This document shows positions 58,967 to 64,000 of a stretch of DNA of 64,000 bases, one piece after another (the stretch's first letter is position 1; each line of letters begins with the position of its first letter). A program made the position numbers and the translations under genes. The notes under the pieces are model-generated. The model was not told where the DNA came from and did no database searches. It saw nothing but the letters and a program-made list of their open reading frames with translations. This stretch comes from Candidatus Multivorans sp. (GTDB taxonomy: Bacteria; Acidobacteriota; Thermoanaerobaculia; Multivoradales; Multivoraceae), in NCBI GenBank assembly GCA_965224025.1, contig OZ245033.1:1984001-2048000 (forward strand), given 5' to 3'.

Positions 58967-60355
58967 ATGAGGCAATTCAAGACGTTGCGAGGAGCTTGCG
59001 CGGCGGAAACTGGGTGCGCCGGCGCCCCCGCCGGCATCCGGTGCGAAGCGTCGGCCTTCTGTAGTTCTGCCGCCGTAGCGCTAGCGGTTGCCGCCGGCTG
59101 CTTACTTCTGATCGCCTGCGGGTCCACCGAACTCGTCACTCTGCCGGAGATCGACACCTCCGGTTCGCCGGACGGCATCGTCGACCTTCCCGCCGACGCG
59201 CCCGAGGTGTTCCACAAGTACTTCGACCGGTACGCCTGGTTCCCGACGCCGGACGGCAGGCGGATCCACTTCCTCGTCTCGAGCGGCTGGACCCGCGACC
59301 AGATCAAGCACGGCCTCAACGTGATGGAGCATCTGCTGGCGGACCACCCGGGCTCGGTCTACGGCGACGACAAGTCCGGGATCGCCGTGGCGATGGCGGA
59401 CCGCAAGGCGACGATGGTGTTCTTCGACACGGAGGACGACCTGCGCCAGGCGATGAGCGAGGGACTGGCCGACGCGACGGATCTCAGCATGCAGGACCTG
59501 CGCGCGAACGAATGTCCGGCCCCGGGCGACGCGGACTACATGGGTCATGTGACCAGGGACGCCGCCTACGAGGAGATCTGGCACCTGATCCACGACTACG
59601 GGATCAAGCCGACCCTCACTTCGATGATCGCCGAGATGAGGACGGCGAACGACGAAGCGGCGACCAAGAGCTGGTACGCGTGGCCCCGTGACGTGCCGGA
59701 CGACCATCCGAACGAGTACATGGGCGCCCTGATCGACAACTACTACGACCTCTGGACGGTGCCGCCGACCGTGTACGAGGGGCGCGACATCGCGCCCGAC
59801 GAGATTCCCGAGGGATACTCCCACTTCGGGCAGTACTTCGCGGGCAGTCGCGCGGCCATGCCGGAGAAGGACCCGCTCGGCTACGCGTTGGTCACGAACT
59901 TCGTCGGGCCGTATCTGACCTACACGCCGGAACTGCCGCTGGACTTCAGCGGCACGTTCTCGATGACGTTCGCCCCGGAGGTGCGGTACACGATGAAGAC
60001 CCAGCATCTGCGGAACGTCGCGCTCACCGGCGACGGCGACGCGGACCTGCGCGGCAACGCTCACGACAATGTGCTCACCGGCAACGGCGGCGCCAACCGG
60101 CTCGAGGGCGGCGGCGGCAACGACATGCTTGACGGCGGCGACGGCGACGACACGGCGGTCTTCTCGGCCCCGGCGGCCGAGTACGAAGTCGCCGCCGGTG
60201 AGGACGGAGTGACGGTGACCGACTCGCAGCCGGACCGCGACGGGACGGACACGCTGCGAGCGGTTGAGTTCCTGCAGTTCAGCGATGCCCTCGTGGACCA
60301 GGTGGGCGGTCGGGTCTGGGAGCGCGGCGTGCAACTGGACCAGCCGGAACAGTAG
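58967..60355 (+). CDS. Lipoprotein with zincin-like EEIWH domain and RTX-type calcium-binding repeats
   Basis: LIAC lipobox; YEEIWH; GGGGNDMLDGGDGDD; DGTDTLRAVEFLQFSD. Confidence 0.75.
   Translation: MRQFKTLRGACAAETGCAGAPAGIRCEASAFCSSAAVALAVAAGCLLLIACGSTELVTLPEIDTSGSPDGIVDLPADAPEVFHKYFDRYAWFPTPDGRRIHFLVSSGWTRDQIKHGLNVMEHLLADHPGSVYGDDKSGIAVAMADRKATMVFFDTEDDLRQAMSEGLADATDLSMQDLRANECPAPGDADYMGHVTRDAAYEEIWHLIHDYGIKPTLTSMIAEMRTANDEAATKSWYAWPRDVPDDHPNEYMGALIDNYYDLWTVPPTVYEGRDIAPDEIPEGYSHFGQYFAGSRAAMPEKDPLGYALVTNFVGPYLTYTPELPLDFSGTFSMTFAPEVRYTMKTQHLRNVALTGDGDADLRGNAHDNVLTGNGGANRLEGGGGNDMLDGGDGDDTAVFSAPAAEYEVAAGEDGVTVTDSQPDRDGTDTLRAVEFLQFSDALVDQVGGRVWERGVQLDQPEQ
59009..59035 (-). repeat. Single REP (unoccupied IS110 target) inside a CDS
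   Basis: ACTGGGTGCGCCGGCGCCCCCGCCGGC. Confidence 0.8.
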
Positions 60356-60386
60356 GTGCCGGGGAGGTGTTGGATACCGTTGCGGT

Positions 60387-60986
60387 ATGCAGGAACGAAA
60401 CGGACGACTCGCGCAGCAGATGCGCTTTCTGGTCGAAGCCGACCGGCTCAAGCAGGTACTGCGGCGCACCTCGATCGTCGGCAACGAGCGCCGAGAGAAC
60501 TCGGCGGAGCACTCGTGGCATGTGACGTTGATGGCGCTGGTGCTGTCCGAGCACGCGGCCGCTTCGGGACTCGATCAGCTCAAGGTGCTGAAGATGCTGA
60601 TCGTCCACGATCTGGTCGAAATCGACGCGGGCGACACGTTCGTCTACGACAAGGTGGGCCTCGAGGACCAGGAGGAGCGCGAAGAGCGGGCGGCGGAGCG
60701 GATCTTCGGGCTGCTGCCGGCCGAGAGCGGGGCCGAACTGCGCGCCGTCTGGGACGAGTTCGAGGCACGCCGGAGTCCCGAGGCGAAGTTCGCGAGGGCG
60801 CTGGACCGCCTGCAGCCGATGGTGCTCAACTACATCAACGGCGGCGGGCCGTGGCAGGAGCACGGCATCCGGGCCGACCAGGTACGGGAGATCAACGGCT
60901 GCATCGAGGACGGCGCGCCCGAACTGTGGCGCTACGCCGAGGAACTGATCGAAGACGCCGTCAAGCGCGAACTGCTTGCACCGTAG
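60387..60986 (+). CDS. HD-domain phosphohydrolase (HD_3/HDDC2-like)
   Basis: RENSAEHSW, VHDLVEIDAGD, LDRLQP. Confidence 0.9.
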   Translation: MQERNGRLAQQMRFLVEADRLKQVLRRTSIVGNERRENSAEHSWHVTLMALVLSEHAAASGLDQLKVLKMLIVHDLVEIDAGDTFVYDKVGLEDQEEREERAAERIFGLLPAESGAELRAVWDEFEARRSPEAKFARALDRLQPMVLNYINGGGPWQEHGIRADQVREINGCIEDGAPELWRYAEELIEDAVKRELLAP

Positions 60987-61012
60987 GAGCGTGCGCCGCA
61001 GAACGGTCTGGC

Positions 61013-61113
61013 CTGGGAACCCGTGTGGCGCGACCCGCGCCACACGCGAACCACTCCGTGCGCCCGTCATCGGGCGCACGGATGGCACGCGGGCATCCTG
61101 CCCGCATCCGGCG
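61013..61113 (+). repeat. Three-hairpin repeat, copy B (intergenic)
   Basis: Aligns with 57513-57614, including a compensatory base-pair change. Confidence 0.8.
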
Positions 61114-61190
61114 CGAAGCGGCGGCCTCTGGGAGTTCTACCGCCCACGCTGCCAAGTCCGTCGGACGAAGAACTGCCGGGAGGACGAACC

Positions 61191-63332
61191 ATGAACGCTC
61201 GTTGTCTGCCGTTGAGTTGTCTGATCGTCGCCGCCTGCGCCGTTGCGCCCGAGGAAGATCCGGCGGGCGGCGAGATCGCCTGGGTCAAGAAGGTGATGGT
61301 CCACGGCGTGCCGATCTACGCCACGAACACGACGGGCGACGACAAGCTCCTGCACGCCGCGGGCGTCCTGGCCCAGTTCCTCGACAACGACGAGGACGGC
61401 GAAATCGACAACCCGAAGATGCACCAGGCGATGCTGGACACCGCCGGCACGATCGTCATGACCGGCACGCAGGACGAGGCGCACGAGATGGACTGGGCCA
61501 ACGCGCCTCGGGGCCAGGGTCTCTACGACGAAGAGACCGAAATCGACGCTCGGGCGCGCGGCGTGTTCGACATCGCGCTTGAAGAGATCTGGCACATGGT
61601 TTCGGACAACGGCTACGGCGTGGCCTACCCCGACGTGTTCGGGACGGAGCCGGGCACGGCACTCACCGACGCGATGGACATAGCCCGCGGCGGACGCTTC
61701 GATGGCCCGCCCGACGAGTACCCCGAGGGCGCCTGGTACACCTACGACGACGAGACCTGCGACTACGGCTGCATGGCGTCGGAGTACATCTACTGGGTGT
61801 ACACGTCGTTCATCGGTGCCCAGGACCTGCCGGGACGGCTCGACCAGATCGGCCACGAGTGGCCGCTCAACACGCCCGAGAAGCTGCAGGAGGGAGAGCC
61901 GGTCCTGTACGAGATCCTGAGCAACCCCGAATACAGGATCCCGATGGTCATTCCGGACGGCACGTACGACAGCGCGCCTTTGGAGATCGAGCCATACACC
62001 TTCCGCTCCCCCTACGAAGCGGCGAACCGGAAGGTCCGTCGCGACAAGTTCGATCTCGTTCTCCCGGAGATCATGAGGGAGCGCGGCGTGGACATGTGGA
62101 TCCACGTGATGCGGGAGTCGATCCCCGACTCGTTCGGGATCGACGAACTGGGCAGCGCCTCGGGCGTCTTCGTGTTCACGGACCGGGGCGATCGGATCGA
62201 GCGGGCCGTTCTCGGACGGCGCTGGGGCGCCACCCAACGCGGCTGGGGTGAGACGGACTACCGGTACGTCGAGCAGAGCGGCGCCTACGACATCGTGGCC
62301 CCGGCGGTCCGCGTCCAGGAGCCGGTCGGCGGCCCGTTGACGGAGTACGACTACCGCTTCGAGGGGCTCAGGGACTTCGTCGCCGAGCGCGACCCGGACG
62401 TCATCGCGGTCAACTTCAAGCACAAGCTGGGCCCGTGGCCGACCTACCGGGGCGAGATCGACGGCCTCTCGCACACCGACTACCTGTTGCTTTCCGAGGA
62501 ACTCGGCGAGACGTACGCGAGCCGGCTGACCTCGTCCGAGTGGCTGATGTTGGACTACACCAACCATCAGGTGCCGAGCGAGGTGGAACTGCTCAAGCGC
62601 ATGCGACGCGACGAGATCTGGCTGTTCGAGAACGCGTTGGACGCGATCGAGCCGGGTGCAACCAGGATCGACGAGACCGAACTGACGATCATGCGACGCA
62701 TGCGAACCGGTCAGTCGCAGCGCGGCCGCAGCGACGGCTGGGAGGATGCCGTCGTCCAGGGCGGCGACATCGTGACGAACCCGAGTATCGGCATGTATGC
62801 CTACGTGCTACGCGACGGCGAAACGGAGCCGCCGCCGGAGATCCAGGAGCTCTGGGCCGAGTACCTGCGGGTCGACGCGATCCTGGCGGAGACGATCAAG
62901 GCGGGCCTCACACCGCGCGAGATCATCCGCGACTACACACAGAAGTTCGAGGAAGCCGGGATCGTCGTGCGAGACAACCAGCTCCACATGGTGTCAGCCA
63001 AGAACGACTTCCCGGCCTACGCCGCCGGCTTCGATGCCACGAAGACCCACATCTCGATCGACTCCCACGGACAGACGAAGGGCACCCGGCCCCGGTCGGT
63101 CGAGACCTACTTCGGCCCCCGGATCGGCTCCCTGGGCCCGGACTGGTCGAGAGACATCCCGCTCGCTCCCTACCACCACTTCGTCATCGAGTACTTCTTC
63201 TACATGCCTTCGCCGGCACCCGAGGGAGAGGACCAGTACTTGCTCTGGTGGGACCATGAAGAGGCGCTCGCCACCGAGGACGGCATCGAGTACCTGTCGC
63301 CGCCCCAGACGGAACTGATCCTGGTCCGGTAG
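61191..63332 (+). CDS. Lipoprotein fusion: EEIWH zincin-like domain + degenerate M24-like domain
   Basis: GGAGG RBS, VAAC lipobox, LEEIWH; DKFDLVLPEIMR..VDMWI, DGLSHTD, YVLRDGETEPP. Confidence 0.78.
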   Translation: MNARCLPLSCLIVAACAVAPEEDPAGGEIAWVKKVMVHGVPIYATNTTGDDKLLHAAGVLAQFLDNDEDGEIDNPKMHQAMLDTAGTIVMTGTQDEAHEMDWANAPRGQGLYDEETEIDARARGVFDIALEEIWHMVSDNGYGVAYPDVFGTEPGTALTDAMDIARGGRFDGPPDEYPEGAWYTYDDETCDYGCMASEYIYWVYTSFIGAQDLPGRLDQIGHEWPLNTPEKLQEGEPVLYEILSNPEYRIPMVIPDGTYDSAPLEIEPYTFRSPYEAANRKVRRDKFDLVLPEIMRERGVDMWIHVMRESIPDSFGIDELGSASGVFVFTDRGDRIERAVLGRRWGATQRGWGETDYRYVEQSGAYDIVAPAVRVQEPVGGPLTEYDYRFEGLRDFVAERDPDVIAVNFKHKLGPWPTYRGEIDGLSHTDYLLLSEELGETYASRLTSSEWLMLDYTNHQVPSEVELLKRMRRDEIWLFENALDAIEPGATRIDETELTIMRRMRTGQSQRGRSDGWEDAVVQGGDIVTNPSIGMYAYVLRDGETEPPPEIQELWAEYLRVDAILAETIKAGLTPREIIRDYTQKFEEAGIVVRDNQLHMVSAKNDFPAYAAGFDATKTHISIDSHGQTKGTRPRSVETYFGPRIGSLGPDWSRDIPLAPYHHFVIEYFFYMPSPAPEGEDQYLLWWDHEEALATEDGIEYLSPPQTELILVR

Positions 63333-63346
63333 CCACTGGGAGGCCC

Positions 63347-63471
63347 ACTGGATGCGCCGGCGTCCTCGCCGGCTGCCGCCGCAGGCGGCCAGGAACACGC
63401 GCCGGCCGACGGCCGGCACCTTCGCTTCGCGGCGGCGCCCGGATGCCGGCGAGGACGCCGGCGCACCCAGT
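63347..63471. repeat. REPIN-like inverted REP doublet between convergent genes
   Basis: ACTGGATGCGCCGGCGTCCTCGCCGGC / GCCGGCGAGGACGCCGGCGCACCCAGT; spacer homologous to that of 41250-41403. Confidence 0.85.
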
Positions 63472-63491
63472 TTGTGGCGCACCCAGTCTTT

Positions 63492-64000
63492 TCAGACCAG
63501 CAGCTTCTCCAGCCGCGCGACCACGTCCGGCTTGGCGGCCGCGATGTTCTCGTCCTCCCACGGGTCCGCCTCGACGTCGTACAGCTCCTTCTCTTCCCGG
63601 AAGCCGTCCACCAGCTTGTAGCGATGGTCCTGGACGACCCGCAACCGGCCGGTCGCCGCGTTCCCCGAGTTGAGCGCCGAGCGGATGTGCTCGCGGTGCT
63701 CGCCCTTACCGGAGTCGAGAAGCGGCCGCAGCGACCGGCTCTGCATCTCCTCGGGAACGGCGGTCTCGGCGAAGGCGATGCTGGTTGCCGCCAGGTCCAT
63801 GTTGGTGACAAGGGCGTCGCTGCGCGTGCCGGCGGCGATGCCGGGGCCAGCCATGACCATGGGGACTCTCCAGGAAGCCTCGTGGGGAAGCCCCTTGCCC
63901 CAGTAGTCGTGGTCGCCGAGCATCTCGCCGTGGTCGCTGGTGTAGATGACGATCGTGTCGTCGAGCTCGCCGCGCTCTTCGAGCCGCGCCTCGTAGAGCC
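63492..64000 (-). CDS. Sulfatase C-terminal part (runs off the window edge)
   Basis: YTSDHGEMLGDH..WGK, RVPMV, ELYDVEADPWE. Confidence 0.85.
   Translation of the reverse strand, partial: LYEARLEERGELDDTIVIYTSDHGEMLGDHDYWGKGLPHEASWRVPMVMAGPGIAAGTRSDALVTNMDLAATSIAFAETAVPEEMQSRSLRPLLDSGKGEHREHIRSALNSGNAATGRLRVVQDHRYKLVDGFREEKELYDVEADPWEDENIAAAKPDVVARLEKLLV

Overview
GC-rich bacterial accessory region. The gene content (TonB receptor with a carboxypeptidase-regulatory N-domain, ASPIC/UnbV, sulfatases, PQQ enzymes) is suggestive of an Acidobacteriota-like organism, but that is an inference. Contents in order: (i) a defence island with an ATPase end, a Schlafen/AlbA_2 protein, an AbiE type IV TA pair, HsdS, a deleted Fic gene and an HsdR-AlbA_2 fusion; (ii) an IS1595-family element with intact TIRs and an 8-bp TSD, carrying a methyltransferase-Mrr-like passenger; (iii) an ISL3 that joins two truncated genes; (iv) Abi, VapBC and MNT modules plus many gene remnants; (v) periplasmic catabolic enzymes. 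The strongest signal is three copies of an IS110-family element (23134-24845, 36655-38368, 41444-43155). All three sit in the same orientation at a CC core within a genomic REP-like palindrome (GCCGGCGCA-CC-CAGT). The 400-nt non-coding left end contains a directly readable bridge-RNA-like structure: one loop carries CCGGCGCAC/CTGGG, matching the target, and a second carries GTGGAGAGTC/GTACAGG, matching the element's own joined ends. A sigma70-like promoter forms only when the element circularises, and an extra 5' three-way-junction domain precedes the loops. Several palindromic repeat families are also present, some in-frame inside proteins. No tRNA, rRNA or CRISPR array was seen.
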